Counted from the stretch's first letter, positions 48,055-57,697 are shown. The stretch is DNA of 64,000 bases from Candidatus Pacearchaeota archaeon (GCA_017608305.1 JAFCGC010000001.1:38744-102743); one strand, 5' to 3'. Translations and numbers: made by a program. Notes: generated from the letters alone by a model not told the origin.

Positions 48055-49275
48055 ATGATATCTGATTATTTCTCATTAGCATTTAATAACCTACGTAAAC
48101 GTGGATTAAGAAGTTGGTTAACCATGCTTGGCATATTTATTGGTATTGCGGCTGTGGTCGCCCTTATATCTCTAGGTGCTGGACTTAAAACAGCAGTAAT
48201 AGGTCAATTTGGAAGCCTATCTGTTGATAAACTCACTATTCAAAATAAAGGCACTGGTTTTGGTCCCCCAGGAAGCACTGTTATTGAAAAACTTAATGAC
48301 CATGATATTAAGATATTAGAAAATGTTAGGGGAGTGGATAAAGTAGTTCCCAGGCTTGTGAGGGTTGGGAGTTTAGAATATAATGGTGTTTCTGGATTTG
48401 GATATGCTATAGATATTCCTGAAGAAAAAGATCTTAATAAGGTAGTTTATGATTCTATGGGGATTGAAGCAGAACAAGGAAAATTACTCAAAGATGGGGA
48501 CCAAGGAAAAATTCTTCTTGGAAATGGTTTTTTAGACACAGAAGATTTTGAAAAACCATTTGCAGTTGGAAAAAAAGTAAAAATCAATGGAAAAGGTTTT
48601 GAAATAGGGGGCTTTTTAGAAAGATCTTCTTCACTTCAATTAAATTATATGGTTTTAATGTTAAATGATGATATGGAAGAATTATTCGATACTCAAGGAA
48701 AAGAATTTGATATGCTTATTGTTCAAGTTCAAGATAAAGATGATATTGAAGAAGTTGGCCAAGGAATTGAAAGAAAACTTAGAAATGATAGAAATGAAAA
48801 ATTAGGTGAAGAAACTTTTTCAGTTGAAACTCCTTTACAAGCTTTAGAAGGAGTAAATGATATTTTAAATATTGTAAATGTAATTGTTATTGGAATTGCA
48901 ATGATTTCGTTGTTTGTTGGGGGTGTTGGAATAGCAAACACAATGTATACTTCTGTAGTGGAGAGAACAAAAGAAATAGGAATCATGAAAGCAATTGGAG
49001 CTGAAAACAAAGATATTTTATTTGTCTTTTTAATTGAAGCTGGGCTATTAGGTTTGGTCGGGGGAATTATTGGAGCTTTAATTGGTTTAGGAGCAGCTCT
49101 AGGGGCTTCTGCAGCAGCAAACTCAGCTCTTGGAGGAGATTTATTTATTGTCAGTGTTAATTATGCTTTATTATTCGGAGCTATTGGTTTTTCATTTTTT
49201 GTTGGAGTTTTATCAGGAATTCTTCCTGCAATCCAAGCAAGTAAATTAAATGTTGTTGATGCCTTGAGGAGTTGA
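48055..49275 (+). CDS. MacB/FtsX-type ABC permease
   Basis: RSWLTMLGI.IG, GGVGIANTM...V.ERT.EIG.MKAIGA, PA..AS. Confidence 0.92.
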   Translation: MISDYFSLAFNNLRKRGLRSWLTMLGIFIGIAAVVALISLGAGLKTAVIGQFGSLSVDKLTIQNKGTGFGPPGSTVIEKLNDHDIKILENVRGVDKVVPRLVRVGSLEYNGVSGFGYAIDIPEEKDLNKVVYDSMGIEAEQGKLLKDGDQGKILLGNGFLDTEDFEKPFAVGKKVKINGKGFEIGGFLERSSSLQLNYMVLMLNDDMEELFDTQGKEFDMLIVQVQDKDDIEEVGQGIERKLRNDRNEKLGEETFSVETPLQALEGVNDILNIVNVIVIGIAMISLFVGGVGIANTMYTSVVERTKEIGIMKAIGAENKDILFVFLIEAGLLGLVGGIIGALIGLGAALGASAAANSALGGDLFIVSVNYALLFGAIGFSFFVGVLSGILPAIQASKLNVVDALRS

Positions 49276-49277
49276 AG

Positions 49278-50354
49278 ATGGGAATTATGAAAGAAATAAT
49301 TAATGCTTATAGTGTAGATAAAGTTAGTGAAACTTATGAGGGAACTGTAGAAATTACAGATTTAAAAAAAGAACTTGGAACAAAAGGCCATGTTTTAGTA
49401 GTTAGGGGAGATAAAGCCTATGCCGATAAATTAGGGGGAAACAAAGATTTGGCAAATCCAAAATTTTGGATGTATGAGAATTTGATAAAAACCCCTAGAA
49501 TTCAGGAAGCATTAAACCAGAATCCAAATCATAAATTATTTGATGGTGTCGGATTTTCAGCACTAGACGCCTTAGGGTTTCATTCAGGAAAATTAGGAAG
49601 AAAGGCTGTTGCAGTTATGGCCCGGGAACACATCCCGGACAAAGAAGTATTTGAGAGATATCCTATTGAAGTGATCCATGGAGAAGGTTTGGGAGAAGAA
49701 GGTTATGTGGATAAGCAAGCAGAAGTTCTTTCTTCTAGAAATGATTTAATTCCTTTCCACCAAGCATTATATGGTGCCCAAGCTTTGGCCCCAATCGGAA
49801 ACAAAGTTGTTAATAAACTTGAGGAATTATCTATTAAACCTGATGAAACATATTGGTGTATTGCGAGTGGGTCAAATTTATATGGAATTGGACATAAAAT
49901 AAAACAAAAATTTTCTGATTGTAGTACTTTTGTTGTTGAACCTAAAATTAATATGACAGTAGATTCAAAAATAGACTTAACAAATTCTTCACAAATTAAA
50001 TCTTTTGCTAAAAATAAATTAAGAAATTATTCTTTAAAAAATTGGAACAAACATTATGCGGTGGCCCCTCTTCATGCTGCTGGGCCAAGTAGGTATTTGT
50101 TGCTTTTATGGGCAAACACAGGAAAAATAGGATTTGATAAAGTAATGCATCTTCCTTCAAAAGATTTTATTAATACAAAAAAGAAATTACAAGAATTAAA
50201 TTCTGATTATAATTGGACTAAAACAACTGCGCTTACTATTTATCCTGCCATTGAATCTGCAAAAAGAGGGAAGAATGTTGTAGTAATGGCTTATGGGAAG
50301 CATAGGGAGCATAATCTAAAAGATCTTATTATAAATGGAGAAATTAAAAAATGA
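49278..50354 (+). CDS. Divergent PLP-dependent fold type II enzyme (cysteine synthase/desulfhydrase-like)
   Basis: LGGNKD (candidate PLP Lys), ASGSNLYG Gly-loop, VVEP, G..VVV. Confidence 0.5.
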   Translation: MGIMKEIINAYSVDKVSETYEGTVEITDLKKELGTKGHVLVVRGDKAYADKLGGNKDLANPKFWMYENLIKTPRIQEALNQNPNHKLFDGVGFSALDALGFHSGKLGRKAVAVMAREHIPDKEVFERYPIEVIHGEGLGEEGYVDKQAEVLSSRNDLIPFHQALYGAQALAPIGNKVVNKLEELSIKPDETYWCIASGSNLYGIGHKIKQKFSDCSTFVVEPKINMTVDSKIDLTNSSQIKSFAKNKLRNYSLKNWNKHYAVAPLHAAGPSRYLLLLWANTGKIGFDKVMHLPSKDFINTKKKLQELNSDYNWTKTTALTIYPAIESAKRGKNVVVMAYGKHREHNLKDLIINGEIKK

Positions 50355-50695
50355 AATATAAACAAACTTCAAAAAAATATTTTAATAGTCAAGGGCAAAC
50401 AATAGATTATCTTGTTCATGAACACCAATACGATCGTTTTATTGCATGGAAGAAAGTTAATTTATTTAAAAAACAATATGATCATGCAATTAATTCTGGT
50501 TATGGTGCAGAATATGTTATAGAAGTTTTTGAGAAAAAAAGATTTGATTCTAAAAAAATCAAAATAGATCTAGAATTTTCTGGAAAAAACCTTACTCCAG
50601 AAGAAAATATAAGATTAGAACACACTCATCAAAATTTAGATAAACCCACACTAAAAAAATTAATTGAATTAAAAGTAGGGAAAAATAAAAAATGA
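50351..50695 (+). CDS. Hypothetical protein
   Basis: ATGA overlaps at both ends. Confidence 0.55.
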   Translation: MKYKQTSKKYFNSQGQTIDYLVHEHQYDRFIAWKKVNLFKKQYDHAINSGYGAEYVIEVFEKKRFDSKKIKIDLEFSGKNLTPEENIRLEHTHQNLDKPTLKKLIELKVGKNKK

Positions 50696-51900
50696 TATCA
50701 GACTATTTCACATTAGCAATTAGAAACTTGAAAAATAGAAAGTTAAGAACACTCTTAACCATGTTAGGAATTTTTGTAGCTATTGCGACAATATTCATGC
50801 TTGTTAGTTTATCCTTGGGCTTGCAAAATGCAGTTAAAGAACAATTTGAGTTGCTTGGTGCAGATAAATTTTTTGTGCAGCCTGCAACAGGATTTTTAGG
50901 TCCTCCTGGAAGTGTTGGAGGAGTTCTTTTAACAGAAGATGATGTTGAAACAATAAAAAAAGTTAGAGGAGTAAAACAAGTCTCTTATTATCTTGCTGGA
51001 AATGCTAAGCTAGAGTTTGGAGACAAAACAAGATACTCTCTTGTTTGGGGGGTTTCTACAGACACAGATCTTTATATTGAAACAGGAAGTCTTGAAGTAG
51101 AAGATGGAAGATTTATCCAAGAAGGAGATTCTGGAATTGTTATTGGTAATTTATACAAGACAGGAAATACTTTAGGAAAACAAGTTAGAGTTGGAAATAA
51201 AATAACAATTAATGATCAAGATTTCAAGGTAAAAGGAATTTTAAAACTCATAGGAAATCCAGATGATGATAGAATAATTATTATGGATATAGGGGTAGCA
51301 AGAAATTTATTTAATGAACCAGAAAGAGTGGATTGGATTGTTGTTCAAGTCGATGAAGGGGAAGATGTTAAAGAAGTTGCGCAAAGAGTCGAGGAAAAAT
51401 TAAGAAAAGCAAGAGGCGTTACTGAAAAAACTCAAGACTTTGGCATAATGACTCCTGAAGAACTTTTAGAAAGTTTTGGGAATATACTTAATATTGTTAC
51501 TAGTTTTTTAGCAGGTGTTGCGGCTATTTCTCTAATTGTTGGGGGAATTGGAATTGCAAACACAATGTACACTTCTGTGATTGAAAGAACAAGTGAAATA
51601 GGGGTAATGAAAGCTATTGGTGCACAAAATAAAGATGTTTTAATGATCTTTTTAATTGAGTCTGGACTATTGGGTCTTGTAGGGGCTATAATTGGGGTTG
51701 GTCTGGGTTTTGGAGTCAGTAAATTAATTGAATTTATTGCAATTAATCAATTAGGAACAACCCTTTTACAAGCAGCTGCACCTGCATATTTAATTTTTGG
51801 TTGTTTAGGTTTTGGTTTTATTATTGGGGCTGTTTCCGGAGTTCTTCCGGCAATGCAGGCAAGTAAAACAAATGTAGTGGACGCTTTACGTTATGAGTAA
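50692..51900 (+). CDS. MacB/FtsX-type ABC permease (paralog)
   Basis: Same motifs as 48055-49275; both start MISDYF. Confidence 0.92.
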   Translation: MISDYFTLAIRNLKNRKLRTLLTMLGIFVAIATIFMLVSLSLGLQNAVKEQFELLGADKFFVQPATGFLGPPGSVGGVLLTEDDVETIKKVRGVKQVSYYLAGNAKLEFGDKTRYSLVWGVSTDTDLYIETGSLEVEDGRFIQEGDSGIVIGNLYKTGNTLGKQVRVGNKITINDQDFKVKGILKLIGNPDDDRIIIMDIGVARNLFNEPERVDWIVVQVDEGEDVKEVAQRVEEKLRKARGVTEKTQDFGIMTPEELLESFGNILNIVTSFLAGVAAISLIVGGIGIANTMYTSVIERTSEIGVMKAIGAQNKDVLMIFLIESGLLGLVGAIIGVGLGFGVSKLIEFIAINQLGTTLLQAAAPAYLIFGCLGFGFIIGAVSGVLPAMQASKTNVVDALRYE

Positions 51901-52024
51901 AACTTGTAATGTTTTACTATCTTTAATTTGAGTTTGAGTATGAATAACTTTCAAAACACAACAAAAGTTTATATACTAATTTTATTTTCAAAAAGAATTA
52001 AAATAAAAAATTGGTGATTATGAA

Positions 52025-52222
52025 ATGAGTAAAAAATGTCTTTATTGTCAAATTGAACTCCCTGACGAGAGTGTGATAGATTTTTGCGAAAAATGTGGGA
52101 AAAGGGTGTGGGGAGATAAAATGTTCAATGCAATAGTCCAAAATATGGAAAATGCGAGAAGCAATGGAGACTTGTGCAAACCAGGTACTATTTCTAATTT
52201 TTCTAGTGAATTTCAAGTTTAG
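52025..52222 (+). CDS. Small zinc-finger protein
   Basis: CLYC...CEKC. Confidence 0.6.
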   Translation: MSKKCLYCQIELPDESVIDFCEKCGKRVWGDKMFNAIVQNMENARSNGDLCKPGTISNFSSEFQV

Positions 52223-52256
52223 ATAGTTTTTTAAATAGAATTTTTCTCGGTAGTTT

Positions 52257-52523
52257 ATGGTTAGGAAAAAAAAGATTAGAACAAGGGGAAAAATAAAACT
52301 TAGTAAGTACTTTCAAGAGCTTAAAAAAGGAGATAGTGTGGCAATTAGTCAAGATAGGACTTTACAACCCAAATTTCCTTCTAGAATAAATGGGAAAACA
52401 GGAATTATTGAAGGGAAAAGAGGAAAAGCATATATTATAAATATAAAGGACCAGAATAAAGAAAAGAAATTTTTAATAGAACCAGTACATTTAAAAAAAA
52501 TAAAACAAATTAAAGTACAATGA
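52257..52523 (+). CDS. rpl21e: 50S ribosomal protein eL21
   Basis: GD.V, R.NGKTG, G.AY, P.HLK; upstream of rpoF-DUF655. Confidence 0.9.
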   Translation: MVRKKKIRTRGKIKLSKYFQELKKGDSVAISQDRTLQPKFPSRINGKTGIIEGKRGKAYIINIKDQNKEKKFLIEPVHLKKIKQIKVQ

Positions 52524-52825
52524 TAAAAAATACAGAACCAATAAACCTTGTTGAAATCCAAGATATTCTTGATAAAACTAAAGAAAATGAAGGGGAATTA
52601 TTGGGATTTGTAAAAAAATTCACAAAACTAAAACAAACACAATCTAAAGATCTTAGAAATAAAATTGAAGCGTTGGATCTAATTAAAATAGATGAAAAAC
52701 ACATAAATAAATTAATAGAATTACTTCCAAAAAACAAAGAAGACATAAACCAGATTTTCAGTGATGTTAGTCTAAATGAAGATGAAATTCAAAAACTACT
52801 TGACACAATTAAAGAGTTTAACTAA
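52520..52825 (+). CDS. rpoF: RNA polymerase subunit F (Rpo4)
   Basis: Conserved rpl21e-rpoF-DUF655 order; K..ELLP....DI motif. Confidence 0.8.
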   Translation: MIKNTEPINLVEIQDILDKTKENEGELLGFVKKFTKLKQTQSKDLRNKIEALDLIKIDEKHINKLIELLPKNKEDINQIFSDVSLNEDEIQKLLDTIKEFN

Positions 52826-52830
52826 AGAAA

Positions 52831-53367
52831 ATGGCAAAAGAAGAACATGCAATAATCTTAGAATACTTACCAAATGGATATCCTTTGGACAGGAAAATGA
52901 TGCCTATAGCCCAAGCTATAGGTGAAAGTAATTTTACACTTCTAGAACTAGTTCCCAGGAGAGGGGTTAGTCTTGAAATTGGGGAAAAAGTTTATATTGG
53001 TGAGGGAAAAAGACCCAAAATTTATTATATCCTTGGAAGATTAAACAAGGAGAAATTGACTGAATCAGCTAAACAACAATTAGAAGAGTTCATAAATAAT
53101 ATGGTAAGAAGTAATAAGCAAAAATTTGTGAATTTTTTCAATGAATCAGATGCAATAAATAAAAGAATACATCAAATAGAGCTTTTGCCTGGATTTGGAA
53201 AAAAACACATGAAGGAAATAATAACCCAAAGAAAAGAAAAGAAGTTTGAGAATTTTGAAGAAATGAAAAAAAGAATTCAAAATCTACCAGACCCTCAAAA
53301 AGCTATTGAAAGAAGAATTATTCAAGAACTAACTAATGTGGAAAGATATAATTTATTTATAAATTAA
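52831..53367 (+). CDS. DUF655 RNA-binding protein
   Basis: FTLLEL, VYIG.G.R, H.IELLPG.GKK. Confidence 0.88.
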   Translation: MAKEEHAIILEYLPNGYPLDRKMMPIAQAIGESNFTLLELVPRRGVSLEIGEKVYIGEGKRPKIYYILGRLNKEKLTESAKQQLEEFINNMVRSNKQKFVNFFNESDAINKRIHQIELLPGFGKKHMKEIITQRKEKKFENFEEMKKRIQNLPDPQKAIERRIIQELTNVERYNLFIN

Positions 53368-53368
53368 A

Positions 53369-53836
53369 ATGGAATCAATTCAACAAAAACAAACTAAAGA
53401 AGAAGAAAGAGTTATTAGAATCCTTTCTACAGACATAGAAGGAAAAACAAGCATTTATGCGGGCTTGGCAAAGATAAAAGGAGTTTCGTGGAGTTTATCA
53501 AATGCTATATGTCAAATTCTAAAGCTTGATAAAAAAAGAAAAGTGGGTTCTTTAACTGAAGGGGAAATAAAAAAAATATCAGAATTTATCAAAGACCCTA
53601 AAGTTCCCGAATACTTATTGAATAGAAAAAAAGATCCAGAAACAGGTGAAAATAAACACCTAAATGGAAGTGATCTTGAATTAAGAAATGAATTTGATTT
53701 GAAGAGACTCAAACAAATAAAAAGTTATAGAGGAATAAGACATTCTGCAGGACTTCCTGTAAGAGGGCAAAGAACTAAAGGAAATTTCAGAAAAAATAGA
53801 AAAAAAGGAACAGGAATTAAAAAGAAGAAAAAATAA
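53369..53836 (+). CDS. rps13: 30S ribosomal protein uS13
   Basis: LNR.KD..TG, YRGIRH..GLPVRGQRT. Confidence 0.95.
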   Translation: MESIQQKQTKEEERVIRILSTDIEGKTSIYAGLAKIKGVSWSLSNAICQILKLDKKRKVGSLTEGEIKKISEFIKDPKVPEYLLNRKKDPETGENKHLNGSDLELRNEFDLKRLKQIKSYRGIRHSAGLPVRGQRTKGNFRKNRKKGTGIKKKKK

Positions 53837-53852
53837 ATAAAAACAATTTCAA

Positions 53853-54323
53853 ATGAAAAGAAAACACAAACAGTATTCAAGACCAAAAAGACCTTTTGAC
53901 AAATTAAGAATAGACGAAGAATCAAAAATCAAAAAGGATTTTGGATTAAAAAATAAAAAAGAAATTTGGAAAGCAAATGCTAAAATTAAATCTATGAGAG
54001 AAAAGGCAAAAAAATTAATTTCTGCAGATCCAAAAGAACAACAAGCATTATTTGAAAGATTAAAAAAAATGGGTTTAAAAGTAAATTCTATTTCAGATAT
54101 TTTGGGTTTAGAAAAAAAAGATTATCTGAAAAGAAGACTTCAAACAGTTGTGTTTGAGAAAAAACTTACTACCACTCCAAAACAAGCTAGACAATTAATT
54201 GTTCACAAAAAAGTTCTTGTAGATAAAAAAGTAGTCAATAGTCCTTCTTATATTGTTTCATTAGATCTAGAGGACAAAATAAGTGTTAAGAAAAAGGAGG
54301 CTAAAAAAACAAATAAAGGATAA
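53853..54323 (+). CDS. rps4: 30S ribosomal protein uS4
   Basis: GLKNKKEIW, RRLQT, ARQLIVH. Confidence 0.93.
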   Translation: MKRKHKQYSRPKRPFDKLRIDEESKIKKDFGLKNKKEIWKANAKIKSMREKAKKLISADPKEQQALFERLKKMGLKVNSISDILGLEKKDYLKRRLQTVVFEKKLTTTPKQARQLIVHKKVLVDKKVVNSPSYIVSLDLEDKISVKKKEAKKTNKG

Positions 54324-54751
54324 TGGTAGAAAAAGAAACAACAAAACTAGAAAAAGCCCCTGAAAAGAAAAAAGACAAAAATATAGAGGCAGTGGTCAAT
54401 ATTTATACCTCTTTTAATAATACAATTGTTCATGTCACAGACATGTCTGGAAAAACCATTTCAAAGGTTACTGGGGGAATGGTTACAAAACATGGGAGAC
54501 TTAAAGCAAATCCTACAATCGCCATGTTTATCACAAAAAGAATAGCAGAAAATATTAAAGACCTTGGGGTAAAATCTTTGTATGTGAGAATAAGAGCTAA
54601 AACAAGAAATCCTGCACCTGGACCTGGTGCCCATGCAATAGTTAAAAGCCTATCAAGAGAGGGTTTTAGAATTTTAAATATACTCGATACAACAAGAATC
54701 CCTAGAGGAGGCCCAAAGAAAAAAGGAGGCCGAAGAGGAAGGAGGCCTTAA
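54323..54751 (+). CDS. rps11: 30S ribosomal protein uS11
   Basis: SFNNTIVHVTD, PGPGA, GGRRGRR. Confidence 0.93.
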   Translation: MVEKETTKLEKAPEKKKDKNIEAVVNIYTSFNNTIVHVTDMSGKTISKVTGGMVTKHGRLKANPTIAMFITKRIAENIKDLGVKSLYVRIRAKTRNPAPGPGAHAIVKSLSREGFRILNILDTTRIPRGGPKKKGGRRGRRP

Positions 54752-54810
54752 AAATAAGTCCTAGGGGAGGAGACCTTAAGATTTAAATAGGCATTTTATG
54801 ATATTTTAAG

Positions 54811-55533
54811 ATGAAAATAACAAATAAAAAAGATAATAAGATCTCATTTGTGGCAGAGATAGAAGAGAGCTTAGCAAATTCTATAAGAAGATATACTAAT
54901 CAAATCCCAGTAATGGCTATTGATGAAGTGGAAATATCTCTAAACGATTCTCCATTATATGATGAAACAATTGCCCATAGAATGGCATTAATCCCTTTAA
55001 AATCAGAAAAAAAAGAAGGTAAAAAAGAACCCTTTAAGCTTAAATTAAATTCAAAAAAAGAAGGAATAGTTTATTCTGGAGAATTAATTGGGCCCATAAA
55101 ACAAGTATATGATAAAATTCCTATCACTGTTTTAAAAAAAGGCCAAGAATTAGAAATTGTGGCTTTTGTAAAATCAGGTAAGGGAACAGAGCATTCAAAA
55201 TTTTCCCCAGGACTAATGTTTTACAGAAATATTGTTGATCTAAAAATAAATAAAGATTGTCCTAAGGAAGTCGTTGAAGTTTGCCCACAAAAAATATTGG
55301 GCCTAGAAAATGGAAAAATAATTGTTAAAGACAATTATTTGTGTGATATTTGTGATTCTTGTGTTGAAGAGTGTAAAAAACAAGGAAAAGAACCTATTCA
55401 AATTGTTCCTACAAAAGAATTGATGATTAGTATTGAATCTTTTGGTCAAATAAGTGTGGAAGATATTTTCAAAAAAGCTATTAATGTGCTTAAAAAAGAT
55501 TTAACAGAAGCTTCAAAAAAGATTGGTAAGTGA
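54811..55533 (+). CDS. rpoD: RNA polymerase subunit D (Rpo3) with Fe-S Cys motifs
   Basis: AN.IRR, LYDE..AHR..LIP, G.EH.K, CDICDSC. Confidence 0.93.
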   Translation: MKITNKKDNKISFVAEIEESLANSIRRYTNQIPVMAIDEVEISLNDSPLYDETIAHRMALIPLKSEKKEGKKEPFKLKLNSKKEGIVYSGELIGPIKQVYDKIPITVLKKGQELEIVAFVKSGKGTEHSKFSPGLMFYRNIVDLKINKDCPKEVVEVCPQKILGLENGKIIVKDNYLCDICDSCVEECKKQGKEPIQIVPTKELMISIESFGQISVEDIFKKAINVLKKDLTEASKKIGK

Positions 55534-55576
55534 TAATTCTAAACCTTTTTATATAGATAATTAGTTGTAAAAATAA

Positions 55577-55660
55577 GCGGAGTTGCCGGAGCGGTCAAAC
55601 GGGACAGACTCAAAATCTGTTAGCTTAGTGCTTACGAAGGTTCGAATCCTTTACTCCGCA
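55577..55660 (+). tRNA. tRNA-Leu(CAA)
   Basis: Acceptor GCGGAGT/ACTCCGC, anticodon arm ACAGA-CTCAAAA-TCTGT, long variable arm. Confidence 0.93.
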
Positions 55661-55704
55661 TAGGGAGTAGAAGGTTTTATAAGTTAATTCTTAAATCCAA
55701 CAAT

Positions 55705-56397
55705 ATGGAAATTATCTCCGACCAGAAAATTACTGATTCTATTTTATTTAAGTTAGAGAGAATTAAATATGAAAAAGAACATAATGAAATAATCAAATTA
55801 TTTCCTTTAGAAAAGATTTTTATTTGGGGGGGTTTTATCAGAGATTGTATTGTGGAAAAAGAGTATGGCCTCTCAATTCAAACAAAGGACCTAGATTTAC
55901 TCGTAGATGATTTGTCTTTTGAAAAAAAGACCAACCACCTTGAAAGGAGAATATTTTCTGGTAAAGGTTCTCTTAAATTAACTTCTCTTAATTTTAACAT
56001 AGATATTTTGAATTTGCAAGAAATTTATTTTCTAAACCAAACCCCGCCCTTAGAAAAAAATTTGGAAAATGCTTTGAAGGGGGTGGATTTTTCTACAAGC
56101 TCCTTAGCATATAACCTCAAAAGCGGCCATCTTTATAATTATCGCGCCCTTCAAGATATCTATAAAAAAGAGATTAATGTTCTAAATAACTATATGAAAG
56201 TTGGACCTACAATTGCTAAACTAATTATTCATGCCAATAAGATGAATTTTAACCTAGGGAAAAGTGCAAAAGAATATATCAAAAACAACTATTCCGAAAA
56301 GATTGAGGGAGATATTTTAGAATACTTGGGGATAAAAAATCAAACCTCTTTTTTCCCTACAATTAAAGAAGAAATAGGGAATTTATTGAAAAAATAA
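55705..56397 (+). CDS. Class II (poly(A) polymerase/CCA head domain-like) nucleotidyltransferase
   Basis: GGFIRD...KDLDLLV and DFSTSSLAY (degenerate RDFT.NAL). Confidence 0.65.
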   Translation: MEIISDQKITDSILFKLERIKYEKEHNEIIKLFPLEKIFIWGGFIRDCIVEKEYGLSIQTKDLDLLVDDLSFEKKTNHLERRIFSGKGSLKLTSLNFNIDILNLQEIYFLNQTPPLEKNLENALKGVDFSTSSLAYNLKSGHLYNYRALQDIYKKEINVLNNYMKVGPTIAKLIIHANKMNFNLGKSAKEYIKNNYSEKIEGDILEYLGIKNQTSFFPTIKEEIGNLLKK

Positions 56398-56451
56398 ACT
56401 CATACCCCATAATTAGGAGGTTTTAAATACTCAAATCATCTTGGTTTTTTT

Positions 56452-56550
56452 ACCTGCGAGTCAAAAGCTCGTTCAAGATCTCGGGATGAATTTAAAATTC
56501 TCTCGTCCTTAAACTCGGCGTTAGCGGGAAGTTAATTACTTCTTGCTAGA
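56452..56550 (+). promoter_or_regulatory. Structured 5' leader (or small RNA) upstream of rpl18e
   Basis: TTTTAAATA at 56421-56429 followed by three stem-loops containing G-U pairs on the + strand. Confidence 0.5.
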
Positions 56551-56556
56551 TTAAAA

Positions 56557-56904
56557 ATGAAAAGTAAAACAAAAATAGAAAAACAAACAAAAAGAAAAAC
56601 AAATCCAGAATTAGTTGAAACTATTCGGATCGCAAAAAAACATAAAAATTGGAATAAAATTGCTGAAGTTCTTTCTGGTCCAAGGAAAAATTGGGCAAAT
56701 ATTAATCTTAGTGAAATAAAAGAAGATGTTGTGATTCCTGGAAAAGTTTTGAGTCAAGGAGAGGTTGGAAAAAATAAAGTAGTTGCATTTAATTTTAGTA
56801 ATAAAGCAAAAGAAAAAATAATTAAAGCTGGAGGAAAAGCTATTAATATAATAGATGAAATTAAATCTAACCCTGAACTGAAAGGGGTAAAAATATTAAA
56901 ATGA
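56557..56904 (+). CDS. rpl18e: 50S ribosomal protein eL18
   Basis: KTNP, VIPGKVL..G, A..KI..AGG. Confidence 0.92.
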   Translation: MKSKTKIEKQTKRKTNPELVETIRIAKKHKNWNKIAEVLSGPRKNWANINLSEIKEDVVIPGKVLSQGEVGKNKVVAFNFSNKAKEKIIKAGGKAINIIDEIKSNPELKGVKILK

Positions 56905-57296
56905 CAAAAATAATCGATGGAAAAGGAGCTATTTTGGGTAGGCTTGCTAGTTATGTTGCTAAAGAAGCGCTAAAAGGAGAAGAAATTATAGTTTTAAATT
57001 GTGAAGAGATAAGAATAACTGGAAGTAAAATAAATCTCCAAAAAGATTTTGAAATAAAAAGGAGAAGAGTGGGAAGTAGTCAAAAAGGACCAAAACATCC
57101 AAGAGCATCTTATATTGTTGTTAAAAGAACAATAAGAGGTATGCTCCCTGATCATAGAAAAGGAAGAGGGAGAGAGGCATTCAAGAGAATAAAGTGTTAT
57201 AAGGGAATTCCAAAAGAATTTGAAGATGAAAAGAAAATAACTTCTAAAAAAGAAAGAAAAAGTAAATATATCCTACTGAAAGAAATTGCAAAATGA
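56901..57296 (+). CDS. rpl13: 50S ribosomal protein uL13
   Basis: ILGRLAS.VAK, RTIRGMLP. Confidence 0.94.
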   Translation: MTKIIDGKGAILGRLASYVAKEALKGEEIIVLNCEEIRITGSKINLQKDFEIKRRRVGSSQKGPKHPRASYIVVKRTIRGMLPDHRKGRGREAFKRIKCYKGIPKEFEDEKKITSKKERKSKYILLKEIAK

Positions 57297-57697
57297 GTAA
57301 GATAATAATTACATCAGGAAAAAGAAAAAGGGCTGTTGCAAGAGCGATAATTAAAGAGGGAACAGGCAAAATTTTATTAAATAAAAAAGACTATTCAAAA
57401 CTCCAATATTTTGACAAACTTCAAATAGAAGAACCTCTTAAAATTGCTGAAGCAACTCTTGGGAAACTAAATTTTGATGTTTCTATTGGTGTGAGGGGAG
57501 GAGGAGAGAAAAGTCAAATTGAAGCTGCTAGACTTGCTTTGGCAAGATCAATTATAAAATTTTCTGGATCTAAAAAACTCAAAGAAGAATTTTTAAAATA
57601 TGATTGGAGCCTTCTTATAGCTGATGTTAGGAGAAAAGAAGCATATAAACCAGGGGATAGTAAGGCTAGGAAAAAGAGACAGACAAGTTATAGATGA
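57293..57697 (+). CDS. rps9: 30S ribosomal protein uS9
   Basis: GKRKRAVARA, V.GGG...Q, AR...Q.SYR. Confidence 0.95.
   Translation: MSKIIITSGKRKRAVARAIIKEGTGKILLNKKDYSKLQYFDKLQIEEPLKIAEATLGKLNFDVSIGVRGGGEKSQIEAARLALARSIIKFSGSKKLKEEFLKYDWSLLIADVRRKEAYKPGDSKARKKRQTSYR

Noticed and set aside
54700..54779. CCTAGGGGAGGAGACCTTAA after rps11 resembling the rps11 3' end
   Set aside because: Short and degenerate; may be a duplication scar but cannot be distinguished from chance.
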